Origin: Eutreptiella sp. 'Long Island Sound 2002'
Lineage: Eukaryota > Protista > Euglenida
Assembly: GCA_964036045.1 (NCBI GenBank)
Contig: OZ038378.1
Span: 144,770,001 to 144,834,000 of the forward strand
Direction: 5' to 3'
DNA: 64,000 bases
The notes below the pieces were generated by a model. The model had not been told where the DNA came from. It was given only the letters and a program-made list of their open reading frames with translations, and searched no databases. How positions within the stretch are numbered: the stretch's first letter is position 1; the number at the start of each line of letters is the position of its first letter. A program made the position numbers and the translations under genes. Shown one piece after another: positions 11,900 to 34,700 of this stretch.

Positions 11900-13700
11900 A
11901 TGCCCCTTTGATGGGTTCTCACAGTCCTCCGCAGTGCCTCTTTGAGTAGTGTGCACATTAGCGTGTACTTTCAATCCAAGCCAATATTTTGCAACACACT
12001 ATTGTAGAAGAGCGTGCTTGGTGTGATAGTGCATGCAAAGTGTCTACGTCTCTGTCGCGAACTGGTGATTTGCTTCAATTGTGGTTGACCTATGGCCTCA
12101 ACTTCAACCTGCTTCCAAGTTTCTATCAACTCCAAAGAGTTGTCTAAGCCTAGAACCTTCCAAACCCACTAGCTTGACTATAGCTCCAACCCCATAACAT
12201 GAGTGTATTCTGCGCTCTACCAAACGGACCTGCAGTTTGGGGTGTGGGTTGCTAGTACCAAATGGCATGTGCTGTACCAACTTGCTAGCTTCTTCTTTGG
12301 CAAAACTTGGCAATACAGATTGCTCATTGATAAGGAATGATGTGTGTGGGTGCAATGCGATGACCCTGGGAAAGGAGGTAGAAAACAACCCCCTTTATTC
12401 TGTCTTTTGGGAAGGCCCCAAACTGTTTCCGGTATCTGAATCTCCGACGGGCAAAGATCTTTTTGATGTAAAGGTACCATTTCTGCCGCGGGTGGCCTGG
12501 TTGCATTGATCATGGCGGCCACCACCTCACAACATCTCTCAAAATAACTTTGAGCCCCTGTCACCATGCAATAATGAGGTGGCACATGCTGTGCTATGCG
12601 GTGTGCTATAAGAGGGCTGGAATGGGTGCCATCTGTGGTTCTCACTCCCTCTCCCAAAGAGCCCAACCCTATTTTTTAGGGAAATAGTGCACCCTGCATT
12701 GGTTTTGTTACCATGTCATCTGGATGTGGTGCGCAAACTTGTCAATTTGTTGCTGGTAATGTCTTGCCCAATGTCTGTAAGCCACCCGAAGGTGCAATCG
12801 TCCTCAGCAAATCCCAACACCGCAATAATGAAATGCGGCACCTCGTCTAGCAAGCTGCTTGGCGAGAGGGTGGAGGAACGGACACAGCCAGCTTGATTCT
12901 GCGCATCCAAAAATGTTTTTCCAGACACTTGTAAGCAAGATGACGAGGATAACACTCAAAGGCCAACCTTCTAAACTAGCATTAATTGATAAGAAAAAGA
13001 AACACATGCAGGTCATGATTTTAAAACATCTGGTGAGCAGTGAATACATGGCACCCAGTGCTCTGTGGGTGCCCAAGTGCATTTTTCGAAGGCAACCCCG
13101 AGTGCCATTAGTTGAAATCGAAACACCCGGGGCAATAAACTCCACAACCTGTCTGTACGCATTTCATGAGCGCATGCAGCTCAAGCAGCAAGGACATCAG
13201 TGCTGCAGCGTCAGTGGCACCTCTTTGTTTCGAGTACCCTAAAGCCTGTGGATGTATCCACTGTACTTGTCAAAGCATGCATTCTTCCAGCCTAATGCCA
13301 GCCTGAACCCAGTAGAGCTGAGATAGTACCAACAAAGCACCTTTGAGAATCAAGGAAATGAGACCTCTGGCCAGCGGCTGTGGCCATTGTCTGTGCCGCT
13401 CTCGTGAATCCCATGCACAGCGTACTGCCTACCTGCACTCCCTGCAACCGAAGCACCCGACTGCCGCCCTGGGGCAAGCGTCCGATGCCCGGCCTCCCCC
13501 TGCACTGCCAATCTTTGGCAACGGTGTCTAAGATGGCAGAGGACATGTGCATACTTCAGCCCAGGGCCTCTGTGGATCAACTCTGGCAGCTTCAGGATTG
13601 CCAAGCTCATGCGTTCTGGCACAACGTGGCCTGTGGTTTATCCTGGGTTCATTATCCAGTTTGCGTGTGTTTATGTGTGTGTGACGGCCAAATCTTTCAG
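11900..13700 (-). pseudogene. unassigned degenerate coding region, probably transposon-derived
   Basis: A chain of short protein-like fragments in shifting frames (e.g. WYLYIKKIFARRRFRYRKQFGAFPKDRIKGVVFY, INEQSVLPSFAKEEASKLVQHMPFG). A possible element end AAC(n)GTT at about 11849 resembles the TIR at 26816. No family recognised. Confidence 0.3.
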
Positions 13701-13997
13701 ATCATGCTCAAACTGCGAGGTCCAACACCTAAGACCTACCGCTAAGCGACCGCAGCCCCTTCGACCCTTCCCGGCAGAAGAGCTCCAGCGGAACCCGTGG
13801 GCTTCACCGCGACCGCTGACAGCAAAGTGGACTCACCCAAGGGGCCTCCACGCGGGGCAGCATGAAAGCACGAAGACGGGACGCAGGGTGCGGTAGGAAC
13901 ACAGACCTCTTGTTGCATGCTTTTCAGTGTCACTCAACCCATATTCCTGAAGCCCGTCGATGGGGCGCAAGAACATCAGAACTCATGGTTCAGTCAC

Positions 13998-14036
<39 letters not shown>

Positions 14037-14050
14037 CAAATCTTGGGCAA

Positions 14051-14440
14051 CCGGGCTTTCAAGTGAGGGGGGGCTGGGGGGTCGATGGAGCCCCCTGGCT
14101 GGACCCCAAAAGGGCTCAATTGACGGGACCCCCAAAATCCTATCGAGACTGACCCCCGGGCCTCGGAGGTGACCCAGAACCAAAAATCGGCAAAAAATGG
14201 AAATGGGATGTTTGGAATCAGCACGTCGAGGGGGTTCAGAAAAGTCATCATTTGCCATGTATTTGGTGAAAAAAATGCTGACCATTGCTAATGCTCAAAA
14301 AAAAAAATTCGGCGCCTTCGGCGCCAGTGTTCATAATGTCTGATGAATGGTGCCTGTCAATTGAGCCCTTTTCCCAACCCCCCCAATCCCCAGATTTGGG
14401 GGGCTCTATTGACCCCCGCCCCCTTCACTTGAGAGCCCGG
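14051..14440. mobile_element. MITE (about 390 bp) with about 45-bp TIRs, probable TA target
   Basis: CCGGGCTTTCAAGTGAGGGG... at 14051 versus ...CCCCTTCACTTGAGAGCCCGG ending at 14440. The right flank is TA; the left flank is AA (degenerate). Confidence 0.75.
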
Positions 14441-15173
14441 TATGCCCTTCAGCATATGTGTTGCCCTGCAGGCATCACTGTCCACAAACTCCTGGGTATT
14501 GCTGGGATCGAAGCCCATCGCCAACTGTGGACTCTGGGCTCAAGAGCGGTTGGCTGGGACTGAAACGCTGACTGTTGACCTTTGGTGGGTGCCTTCTGGC
14601 AGGCAGCCGCAGGGGCAACGGTGGACTGGACAGCAGATCGGACCTACGCACCCAACGCAGTGGCCAACTAGAGGGGGCAGGGGGGGGCATGCAGCGGATG
14701 GTCAGGACGGGAGCCCACAAGCACACCCAGGTGTCGCCTCTGACATCGGGGCACCTCCCCCTTGCGGGCCTGCCATCGGGGCTCCTCGCCCTTGCGGGCC
14801 TGCCATCGGGGCTCCTCCCCCTTGCAGGCCTTGTGGGCTTTGTGGGGAGGCCATTGGGGGTGTTGAGCCCGGAGGGTGTGGAGCATATGGAGTCTGCGTA
14901 GCTGCCAAGGTGCGCGGCATTGGGGAAGGTCGTCGGTGGGGCCCGTCCGAGTGCATGGGCCTCAGATGCAGGGCGTCGAGGCCATCTCTGAACAGGTCAT
15001 GCGTGACGCGCTTCCGTGCGGTACACTCGCACCGCGCAGCAGAGGGTGCCAGGCGCAGGCAGCACGGCACTCCCCTGCACCTCCCCCTCCAGCACACTGG
15101 GGCACCAGACACTTTGGGCCCTCGAGAGTGTAGGGCAGTACCTCCATCCACAGTCATGTCTTTCGGTCGGCAG

Positions 15174-15420
15174 AGGGTAGGAGAGGGTTGGGAGAGGGTG
15201 GGAGAGGGTTGGGAGAGGGTGGGAGAGGGTTGGGAGAGGGTGGGAGAGGGTTGGGAGAGGGTGGGAGAGGGGTGAGAGGGGGTTGGAGGGTTGGGAGAGG
15301 GTGGGAGAGGGTTGGGAGAGGGTGGGAGATGGTTGAGAGAGGGTTGGTGGGTTGGGAGAGGGTGGGAGAGGGTTGAGAGGGGGTTGGAGGGTTGGGAGAG
15401 GGTGGGAGAGGGTTGGGAGA
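15174..15420 (+). repeat. (GAGAGGGTTGG/GAGAGGGTGG)n array; further arrays at 17257-17557 and 18189-18493
   Basis: Read directly. The GGG tracts are spaced 1-4 nt apart, which fits G-quadruplex patterns. Confidence 0.95.
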
Positions 15421-17255
15421 GGAGGAGGAGGAGGAGGAGGAGGAGGAGGAGGAGGAGGAGGAGCGCCAGCTGCGGTCCCATGGACAATGGGCCTGAGCTT
15501 CGTCCCCCGGGGGTCCCACGCAGACCCGCCAGGGGTGTCCTCCGTCTTACCTCCGCTAGAGCAAGACGGATCTCGCCGCACACCTGAGGATGCTCCTCCC
15601 GGCAGGCCGTCCGGGTCCTAGCGCCGGTGTACGACAACGCCACGGTTCAATCTGCCTCCGGGTCCTCGACACCGACCGCCTGAAAGTCCTGGATCCACCC
15701 GAGGCAGCGTCCCAGAATCGTCTAGACGTGAGGGCGCGGGTCTTCCTGGGGCTTCACCCCCGACTTGAACATGTCGCCGGGCTAAAAAGAACGCGGCCCA
15801 GCACACCTATGCGCACTGCCGACGGGCTGAGTACCGACGGCGGCGCTAGTACGGTCACGCTACACGATCACGCGCACCGCCGGTGGCCTAGGTACCCCCG
15901 GGTTCTGTGGGTGCGGGATGTGTGCCACAGCTATAGCACCATGGTGGTGCATCGCTGTGGAAGTCTTTGAGCTGCTGAGCCGGCGCCATGGTGGCGCGCT
16001 GCCCTGGAGGTTGCGCCTTGACGACGTACCTGTAAGGTGGCGGCACCACGGCGGCGCACGGTTGATTGGGCGGCGCCATGGCGGTGTCATGCCCTTGGGG
16101 TCGCACCACGACGGCGCCCGCGTATGTCGGCGGCACCTTGGTGGTGCTCCGCCATTGATTTTGCGCTACGTTGGTGCACGGCTGTTTGGGCGGCGTCTCT
16201 GTGGCGCACTGCCCTGGAGGTCGCGCCACGGCAGCGCACGTCTACGGTGGCGGCACCACGGCGGCGCCCTGCCACTGAGCTGGTGCCACGCCGGCGCCCG
16301 GCGGCAAGTACCGCCGACGACACGTGAGGCGGTGAGCACCGCCGACGACACGTCACCCCTGCACGAGGTGTCACGGTTGGCGGAGCGCCAGGTGCAGACC
16401 CCACCATGGTGCCTCGAATATTGTCTTGGAAGAGCTACCATGGCAAGGCTGACGCAACGGTTATACGGGTCCGGGCGGCGCCACGGCGGCGCTCTACACC
16501 GGGAGCCGCGCCACAACGGCGCACATGTATGTTGGCGGCACCACGGTTGTGCTCTGCCATTGAACTGGCGCCACGACGGTGCACGGTTGTCTGTTCGGCG
16601 CCACGGCGGCGTTCTACCCCAGAGGTCGCGCCGCGACGGTGCACTTGCGCGTTGGCAGCACCACGGTGGTGCCCTTCCACCGTGCCAGCGCCACATCGGC
16701 GTACTGTTCGCTGGGCGGCGCCACAGTGGCGCACGGCCCTGGAGGTTGCACAACACACCATACCTGTACGTTGGCTGCACCACGGCGGTGTCCTGCCACT
16801 GGGTTGGCGCCACGTTGGCGCACAGTTGCCTGGGCGGCGCCACGGTGGCGCTCTGCCATGGAGGTGGCACCACGACGGCGCATTCGTGCGCTGGCGGCAC
16901 CACGGTGGCGCTCTGTTGCTGAGCTGGCACCATACAGGCGCACGGTTGTCTTGGTGGCGCCACGGTGGCGTTTTTGTCCTGGAGGAAAGGGCGGGGAGGG
17001 GCATGGGGAGGAGAGGGACGACGAGAGTTGCACGACCTACCGGTTTCCCGTTGAACACGTGGCCGTTGCCTGGCTGTGCGTGTGGGCAACCTGTCCCACA
17101 GATACCATCCTGAGGGTTTTTATACTGGTGCCAGGCCACCAGATATCGAGGAGGTGCACTGAGTATGGCAGTGGTGCTTCTGCCCCTCACAGGCTGCACC
17201 TTTGGCCCAGGGAGGAGCCCTAGATGGGTGGCGGGCGGGGTGGGCCCAGTCTGAC
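15421..17255 (-). mobile_element. unclassified interspersed element, copy 1 (internal CCACGGCGGC/GCCGCCGTGG repeats, (CTC)n end)
   Basis: Homologous in inverted orientation to 25778-28220, sharing CCTCCGTCTTACC, GGATCCACCCGAGGCAGCGTCCCAGAATCG and GAGGGTTTTTATACTGGTGCCAGG. Strand is assigned only by convention from the (CTC)n end. Confidence 0.75.
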
Positions 17256-19853
17256 GAGGGGAGAGGGTGGGAGAGGGTTGGGGGCAGAGGGTTGAGAGGG
17301 GGTTGGAGGGTTGGGAGAGGGTGGGAGAGGGTTGGGAGAGGGTGGGAGAGGGTTGGGAGAGGGTTGGGAGAGGGTTGGGAGAGGGTTGGGAGAGGGTTGA
17401 GAGGGGGTTGGAGAGGGTTGGGAGAGGGTGGGAGATGGTTGAGAGGGGGTTGGAGGGTTGGGAGAGGGTGGGAGATGGTTGAGAGGGGGTTGGAGAGGGT
17501 TGGGAGAGGGTGGGAGAGGGTTGGACGAGGGTGGGAGGTGGTTGAGAGGGGGTTGGAGAAGATTCTGGATTGTGGATTCTGGATTCTGGTTGGCCCGCCC
17601 GAGGCGACGGCAAAGCCAAAGGGGGGCCGCCGGAAAATCGCGGCCCCCATCCCAACCGTCCACAGGGCGGTTTACTCAGTCCCGCCAGCGTGGGCCGAAG
17701 CGGGCAGCGACTGACAACACAGCCCGCGCTACCGGGGGCTGTCACCAGCCGTAAAAGTTTCGTGTTGGGGGGGGGGGGGGGGGCTCCGCATTGGTGTGGT
17801 GGTGCTGCGTTTCATGAGGGGGGAGGGGGGCAGCTCACGGGCAGCGGGGGACCACTCATGTGGCTGCGCAAGGGCGCCGCCTGGGGCTGCACAGGGGCAC
17901 AGCGTGGGGCTGTGCTAGGGGCGCAGCGTGCGGCGGCGCTAGGGCGTAGTGTGGGGCTGCGCAGGAGAGCTGCGCAGGGAGGTGCCGGAGCGTAGCGTGG
18001 GACTGCACAGGGGCGCAGCGTGGGTTGGCGCTCGGGGGGCAATGTGGAACTGCGCAGGGGCGCAGCGTGCGGCCACGCACGGGCGCTGTGCGCGGCAGCG
18101 CAGGCGTGCAGCGTGGCACGGCGCAGGGGTGCAGCGTGGCACGGTGCAAGGGCACAGTGTGCGGCTGCGCAATGGGCACAACGTGGGGGTTGGAGAGGGC
18201 TGGGAGAGGGTGGGAGAGGGTTGAGAGGGGGTTGGAGGGTTGGGAGAGGGTGGAAGAGGGTTGAGAGGGGGTTGGAGAGGGTTGGGAAAGGGTGGGAGAG
18301 GGTTGAGAGGGGGTTGGAGTGTTGGGAGAGGGTGGAAGAGGGTTGAGAGGGGGTTGGAGAGGGTTGGGAGAGGGTGGAAGAGGGTTGAGAGGGGGTTGGA
18401 GAGGGTTGAGAGAGGGTGGGAGAGGGTTGAGAGGGGGTTGTAGAGGGTGGGAGAGGGTTGAGAGAGGGTTGAGAGGGGGTTGGAGAGGGTGGGAAAAGGT
18501 TCAGACCACATATCTACGACATACAAAACTATCGTTCGGGAACGGGTGTGTGAGACTCAGGGCCGGGTATTGGAGAGGCCATGATCGCTTTCAAATAACT
18601 GGATACCGCTTTTCGTCCACCAAAGCACTCGCTCACTTTGCTGTCGGCCACACTGCAGCTTGTTCACTGTCCCCGTTGTCAGGCTCAGCCCAGTTCACAA
18701 CCCCTTTTCATGGCACACACCCAGAGCTTGATGCATCCTCGGCACACCGAAACCTCATGAAGTATGTTCTTTCGCGCGTTTCGTCATTTGTGCACAGCAA
18801 ACAGGGGAGCACCGTCAAGTCAACCAGCACCGCCACTGTTGGTCACAGATGCCTCCCCCCCTCCCCTACTGGGTAGAGAATCGATGGACGGAGCAAATGC
18901 CCCAACCTGCAGCCCGGGTTGGGTCTCCCCGGCCTGATCTTCCATGTTCACCATCCGCTCTCTTGCCTCATAACACCCCCGGCCACTCCCTTGGCTCCAT
19001 CACCCATCTGAGGTCCCAATACACTATTGCAAGCAGTTCTACAAACGTGATCCCAGACCACTTGGGATGCTCCAACAACCGTTTAATGCCCATTCTGAGC
19101 CTGCGTTGGCCCGTTTTCGCCCTTAGTAAGTCCCAAAAAGACTTGAACATGCGCATTTGGGTACCAAAATGCGTCAGAACTCGCCCAAAAACTCTGTGTT
19201 CTTGCACTGATCCCAGACCATGTACAATGCTCCAGCAAAAGTGTTTTGAGGCATCCCAATTGTTGGCGTGCCCCTGACAGAACTGCACATGTACTTCAAA
19301 CACGACCACTGAAAGAGTTCATGTGCAAGGCCAATCTGTTCGGAAATGGACGAAAATGATGCGGAATGTTCAACAACAATGTTTGCACATGGTACTCAGT
19401 GAAGCCATGGGGATCAGCACCGTGGATCAGCCTGTCATATCAAACAGGCTTTCTAATCATTGGGCTTGTCTTTTCCCACTGCATCACTGCTGCACATGCA
19501 ACACCCGCACGGTGTTGTAGGGCAGCCACAAATGTGCTCACCCGTTTGGAGGCCGGTCTGTTTGGGCGGTTTCTTCGTGCATATATCCTCAGCCCCAGTG
19601 CCGTGTTGGGCTTCATTGTGGAAGATGCTGTAGATCGCCGGATATAAATTACAAATAGAAGGATGTTCTGCTGCCCCCATAATATCACAGCGAAGATGAG
19701 TATTCAACAATTGTTCACGTAGCGTACTCAATCATGGCGTCCGTTACCATACTTCATGCAATAACAAAGCATCACCAAACAGGACCAGCGTGATCTGTGC
19801 CTGGCCCTACTTGCACTGCATGGCCCTGCCTGGCCATGTGAACACGCCAACAT

Positions 19854-28983
<9,130 letters not shown>

Positions 28984-30954
28984 CTGCGAACCACAGGAAT
29001 GAGTCGGTGCGGAGGACACAATGGGTGTTGATGGGCATCGCGCACTGGGTGCCAGGCAGGACACAACGCCCAGACTGCGCGCATGCGGTCCATGGTTCTT
29101 TTCCTCCCGGAAAATGTGAGAAGCCACGACACTCCTCCAACCGGGGACAGCGGCATTGTCGGGCTTGATAGATACGGGCCACGGAAATGGTGTTGGATGA
29201 TTTGTCGTGCAGAGCGATTGGCTGTCTGCTTTTGTGCTGTCACTGTAACTGCGACGTGCCAAAGCGCCCATCGTAATTGTTACCCAGCTGCTGCTCCAGC
29301 AGGAATGGTCCAGCAGCCACCCATCGATTCAGGGTACATCCCGTTGCCCATGAGATATCCCATCCCATCCCATCCAAGATGCATGTTGTGTGTTCTCAGG
29401 TTTGGTGTTCCCTTGCAGGTGTGAGGCCGTGGGGTGAGCAGCTTTGGGACAACACGCACAACATCGCAAGGCAAAGTCAAATACTTGATGTTGTTTTTGC
29501 ACTACTCGACAGGGGGATTCCTTTTCATCAACCTCCCACACACAGAGGGCGGGCTGTCCAATTGGCTGGATGTGCGGAGGCTGATGCATGCTATGCGCGT
29601 GTGCGACGGAATGCAGGCTGAGCATCATGCTCGCCGTGTTTCTTCGTGATGAAGATGTGCAAATATCAAACGCGCCTGCAAGGCCTCGAAGCTGGGTGCC
29701 CAACATGTGACACCCACCATGTTTCTGTAACAGCGAGGTGAAACAAGAGAGTGTTGCAGACAAAAAGCATGTTGGGCTTTTGGCCAGACTGGTGGTGAAA
29801 GATTGAAGGTGGACAACTCCTTCTCAGCCGCCACTGTTGGTTCTCGCCGATACCACGGTGAAGTGTCTTCTCATAGCCACCCATTCATGCATTTTGTGTG
29901 CAGCTTCATCGTACGATTGTTCCACTGCTCAATGTGTTTTCCAAGGTCAAAGGGTTTCTCTACCATCAGGACGCTCCCACACAATCTCTCTTTCTGAGCC
30001 GTTGGCAGACATCTCCTTTTCCTTGGTACTCAAAACATTTACCTCAAATGAGAAGTTCCTTGTGCGCTTGCGTGAAGCGCCATGCGTTGCATCGCCCCAG
30101 CTCAACTGTGGCATGCACCCACCCGGTGATGCAGTGCTCTCTGTTTCCAAGCCTCCTCCGGGGAGTGTACATGAGATGAGGCATTGCCTTTGTGGAAAGA
30201 GTTGTCATGGGTTGCAATTGAAAGCACTCCGCCCAGCTACAAATTCTGCCTTGCATCAAAAAGTATGCAGTCCATTGTTTCTTTCTGTGCTACGGTGTGC
30301 CTTTTGGTCTTTGCTTGGCCTCAAATTGATCATTCAAGAATTCGCCTACGCTCTGCCTGATCAGTGGTGACCAGTGAATTGGAAGCGGCCGGCAGGAAAG
30401 AGCAACAGCAGGAGCATCACTCTGCAAGTGGCCACACACCTTGCATTTGGATGCACTCGGGCTGCACAGCTTTGAGGCCAAGTGCTTTGCAAATACCAGA
30501 GCAAACATGGTTGCGAAAAAAGTCCTGAACCCGCAGGATACCAGTGTCTGTGTAGCCAAGAGTTGATGCCGTCCGGGAAAGCAAAGCGGGATCCGTGTAG
30601 AATTCAATGTTGCGGTGTTTGTTGTAGGCACCCTGCGTTGATGAATGGGGCATGTGCATGGGTCCCAAGTTGCTACAACAGCGCGCAGCGAGAGTCTCCA
30701 AGGCAGTGGCCTGAAACGTCAGCATACACACAGCATCTGTTTGCCATGTAACAGGGCACTTTGGATTTGCGCACAACACCGCATTCCAAAGAACAAGAAA
30801 TAAGGAGCGGCCCTAAACCTGCAGGGCATGTGGGGTAGGGGCCGCCATGGGAAGTAGTTCAAATCTGTTTCAAACATTGAAATAGTTAGGCTCTGAGCAA
30901 TGAGCAGGTGGGGCAATACAAAGAAAGAAAAGATTGCAGACTTCTCCTCCACAA

Positions 30955-31777
30955 ATCCACGGACAGGGGGGGGGAGGCGAATCTCAAATCTTCGACAGGG
31001 GGTATAGTTTGGCCAAACTACCCCGTTTTTCCGAGGGGGCTGAAAATTTTGGTTAACACCCATTTCGCGCATTTGTTTTACAACCGCCTCCCACAGCTCC
31101 TAGTGCCCCAATTTCTGCACCCTATACCCCACAAATCTTTAATTTTTTGGTCCGATGCTTACTGTTGGTCCCAGTGTCCCAAATTCTGCACCCCTTGCCC
31201 CCTTTCTGGCGTACTGGGGATTTTTAATTTTTAGTCTGATGCTTGCCACAGGTCCCAGTGTCCCAATTTCAGCACCCTGCAGCCCTTGCTGGTATACCAC
31301 GAATTTTTGATTTTTAGTCTGATGCTTGCCACAGGTTCCAGTGTCCCCATTAATGTAGTGGTTGTGTAGCAAACAATTCATGGCCTTCGAGTACGTTGTT
31401 GTTGCTTCCGGTTGCCACGCTATTGCCATTCCCAACAATGGACCTTGTGCTGGCACTCTACTTTTACACGGGGCACGGGGCAGGGGGTGCTGAAATTGGG
31501 ACACTGGGACCTGTGGCAAGCATCAGACTAAAAATTTAAAATTCCTGGTATGCCAGCATGGGGCAGGGGGTGCTGAAATTGGGACACTGGGACCTGTGGC
31601 ATGAGACGAAAAAGTGAAAATTGGGTCAATGGTAAAAACTATCCCTTTTTTCAGCGGCCAGGTTTGAAATGTGCAAAAAGTACCCAAACTACCCCTTTTT
31701 TCGAGTGGGCTGAAAAAATTCGTTAAGACCCCCGTGTACGAAATTCGAGATTTGCCCCCCCCCCCCTGTCCGCGGAC
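30955..31777. mobile_element. foldback/MITE with about 45-bp TIRs and inverted internal repeats of about 62 bp
   Basis: (A/G)TCC(A/G)CGGACAGGGGGGGG... occurs at both ends in inverted orientation. GATGCTTGCCACAGGTCCCAGTGTCCC units (31140-31350) are mirrored at 31480-31600. Confidence 0.8.
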
Positions 31778-34700
31778 CCACCGCACGACACAACAGCAAC
31801 AGCAACAGCAACAAATTCGAGGTGGCTAGAGGGCCATGATCACCAGCACCCCTCATATGTGTCAGAGGGGCAGAGAGGGGGATGGCCCAGGCTCGCCAGG
31901 CATCCACTCGTGGAACCAACGACCGCGTTGGGTGGCGATAGGTTGCTGCACTCCCTACCCGACGCAGTTGCTGCACTCCCTACGCAGGTGGCAGGAGGGT
32001 GCAAAGGAGGAACAGCAAACAAGTGCATAGGGAAGCGGGGTGGCGTTGTTTCGTGCATGTGTGTGCAGAGCGCCAGCGCACACCAACCATTGGCACCACC
32101 ATGGCCCTATGCCCACCAGCCCAACAGGGCTGCATCCCCCCACAAAGAGGAAAGCACCCTATAGGCCTGCAGGCACACGTCCACCGGCACGCCTCCATGC
32201 CCACGGGGGCGCGTGTGGCAGAGCATGCAACAGGATGATAGGTCCGGGCCGACAGCCAGTTGCGGGCCACGGCCCTCGTCCGTCAGCTATGTGGTGTCAC
32301 GGCCTTTCTGCCATGTGCCTATGCCAAGCTGCGCATCTAAGATGTCCTCAGGAGGTAGGGGCCCACTCCTCCAGCCAAGCCAGTTGTAGTGGCACAAAAT
32401 GTACCTGCCTTATGCTGGTAGCACAGGAGGCATGGCTGATTGCACTCCGTCCATTGGCCTCCATTGAACGCACTGCTGCGCACACTGCCCACACTGAGTC
32501 AAGCTCTAGGTGTACTTCCGCTTCTGAACAATAAACCCCCAAGCTCGTGACTCCACCTGAGTGCTGCCACCCATGCGTCTTAGTCTGAGTGGTGGGTGAG
32601 CTGATGGGATCCATCGCAAATACCACTCAATGATAGCCCGAGTGTTGTGGGGTTGGGACAAGTGTAGACCCAGAGGCACATGACACACACCTTGCCCCAC
32701 CGATACCACTAGCATCCACCAAAGGGTCCTCGCGGGTGTGGGGGATGGTGATGACTCAATTGCCCACCTCATCGGGCCAGCCCCGCCGGACAACCACCCA
32801 TGGCCCTAGAAGAGTGTACTTGAGCGTGAGGAACTCCTTGTACCCCAGCCCCATGATACAAGCTAGGTGAATGGTGGCCTCGATGCGCCTGTAGATAGGA
32901 GCCACTTGCAACAGCCCATCAAACACTGACATGAGTAGGAGTATGGGCTCCCACCGGAGGCATCAAACCCATTGCCTCGTTCGTTCATGACAGCTTGGAG
33001 AGGGGGGGCATGTGTGTGGGGCCACCTTGGATCACGCTCCAGGGACCACCGGGGTCACATCCTAGAGGCCACTTGCGGTAAGGGCCACACTGTTGGAAAC
33101 ACCACCAATGTCGGGGACCGCCCCATATACCCCAACAAGCTCGATCCAGCGACTAGCAATGAAGAGTGCAAGAAGGGGAGCAGAGGCAATGGGGCTGTTG
33201 TCGCTCGTGGCAAGAGGAGTTCAATTTCCGCTGTGGACGGCAGTAGCACACGCCCAACACTTGCCACCATTGGAAGCAGCAAGCATGGCGGCGGTGGTGG
33301 AACATGAGGGAAAAGGTTTGCTAGCTCCCTGCTCTAAGAGACATGGACGAGGTCAGCTGCTCACACCAGCACTGATAGAGGCCCAGTGCCCACCCTTGCG
33401 GCCACTACTCTTGCAAGTCATTTTTGGGGATGGACTGATTTGTGCTAACATCCACAACTGTTGGGGCAACCAGAGCATGGCCCACGCATACAACCAAACT
33501 ACTAGCTAGGAAGACAATGGGGCTTGGCCACTGGTTAGAGCCGTCCAAGAAGACATGTGCGCCAGAAACACTAGCCTCAAGGCCACAATGACGGCCCTCT
33601 AGGATCCACGCCGACCAACATGTGTTGATGTTGACGCACTAAATGTTAGGAAATGTAGGGGGTAGTCGGGAATTAGGTGGTGGGCTCAAATTGCACAAAA
33701 CAAGTACGAAGGTGGTTTGCCTCACATATCTCATATCTCATAGGAATTCTCATGTTGAGAGATTGTTTCGAGCGCATTTGTGTGGGTGCTGTGTTGGGGC
33801 TCGGAGGGTATGGCCTAAAACAACACAGTCCATGCATGGCGTAGGGATGCCCTGTCCACTAGCTTGTCCCACTTGTCCTGTTTGACACTAGCAGACACAC
33901 CACGGGATGGATAGCAACAAGGTGGGTGTGTTGAACACGCTGATGAAGTCATGGATCAAATGGGCATGTGGAGGGGGCCTGTGGGACTTGTTGTTGTGAC
34001 TTGTAGGTCCCAACAGGTCACAACATTGGAATTGCCCGTTCGAAGAACGGGCCCTAAGTGCTAGACCTTTTTTCCCCCCATTGACATTGGTTCGGAACAA
34101 ATATGGAAAGAAATGGGGCTGAACCAGATTTACCTCAAGTTTGTGCAAGAAAGACTCTTTCATCCTCCACTGCTTTTGGTGGGGCCATCCCTTTAATTGA
34201 GCATAACGAGAGGGGGGGGGGGGGGGCTAGGAAACAGGCTCAAACATGGGAAGCCCGACTTAGTAAGAGGGGTGGGGAGAAGAAGCAGAAAGCTTGCACC
34301 AATCGATTTTGTGTGCCTCCTTAATGTGCTCTCGGCCATGCGGCTAGGATGTGCGGACATGGGCACTCACACCACTCCCATTGGTTAAGTGAGGTGACAA
34401 GGTGCTAATTGCGGACACCCTATCAGCCCAAGACATGGCATTGCCACTGTCTCAATGCGGTGAGGAAGTGGCATTGCTCTTGGGATTTACTGTTGGGGAT
34501 TGGAAGATGTTGGATACTTGCGACTTGAAGCCCGCATGGATGATGTTGAGCTACTTCGGCGAATGGAAGTCTCCCTTTAGGAGCAAGACACCTTCATTTG
34601 TCTTTGAAGCCCTCATGGTGTAGGTGTGGGACGTGGTCTATGTTCGTGTATGCTTAGCTAGTCGCTCCCTAATGGATCTACCGTTGTCTTGTTGTTGGAT

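Noticed and set aside
34300-34620. Reverse transcriptase motif (GVR...LSPHL) on the minus strand
   Set aside because: It needs a frameshift to assemble, and no neighbouring RT motifs (DxxKAFD, YADD) were found.
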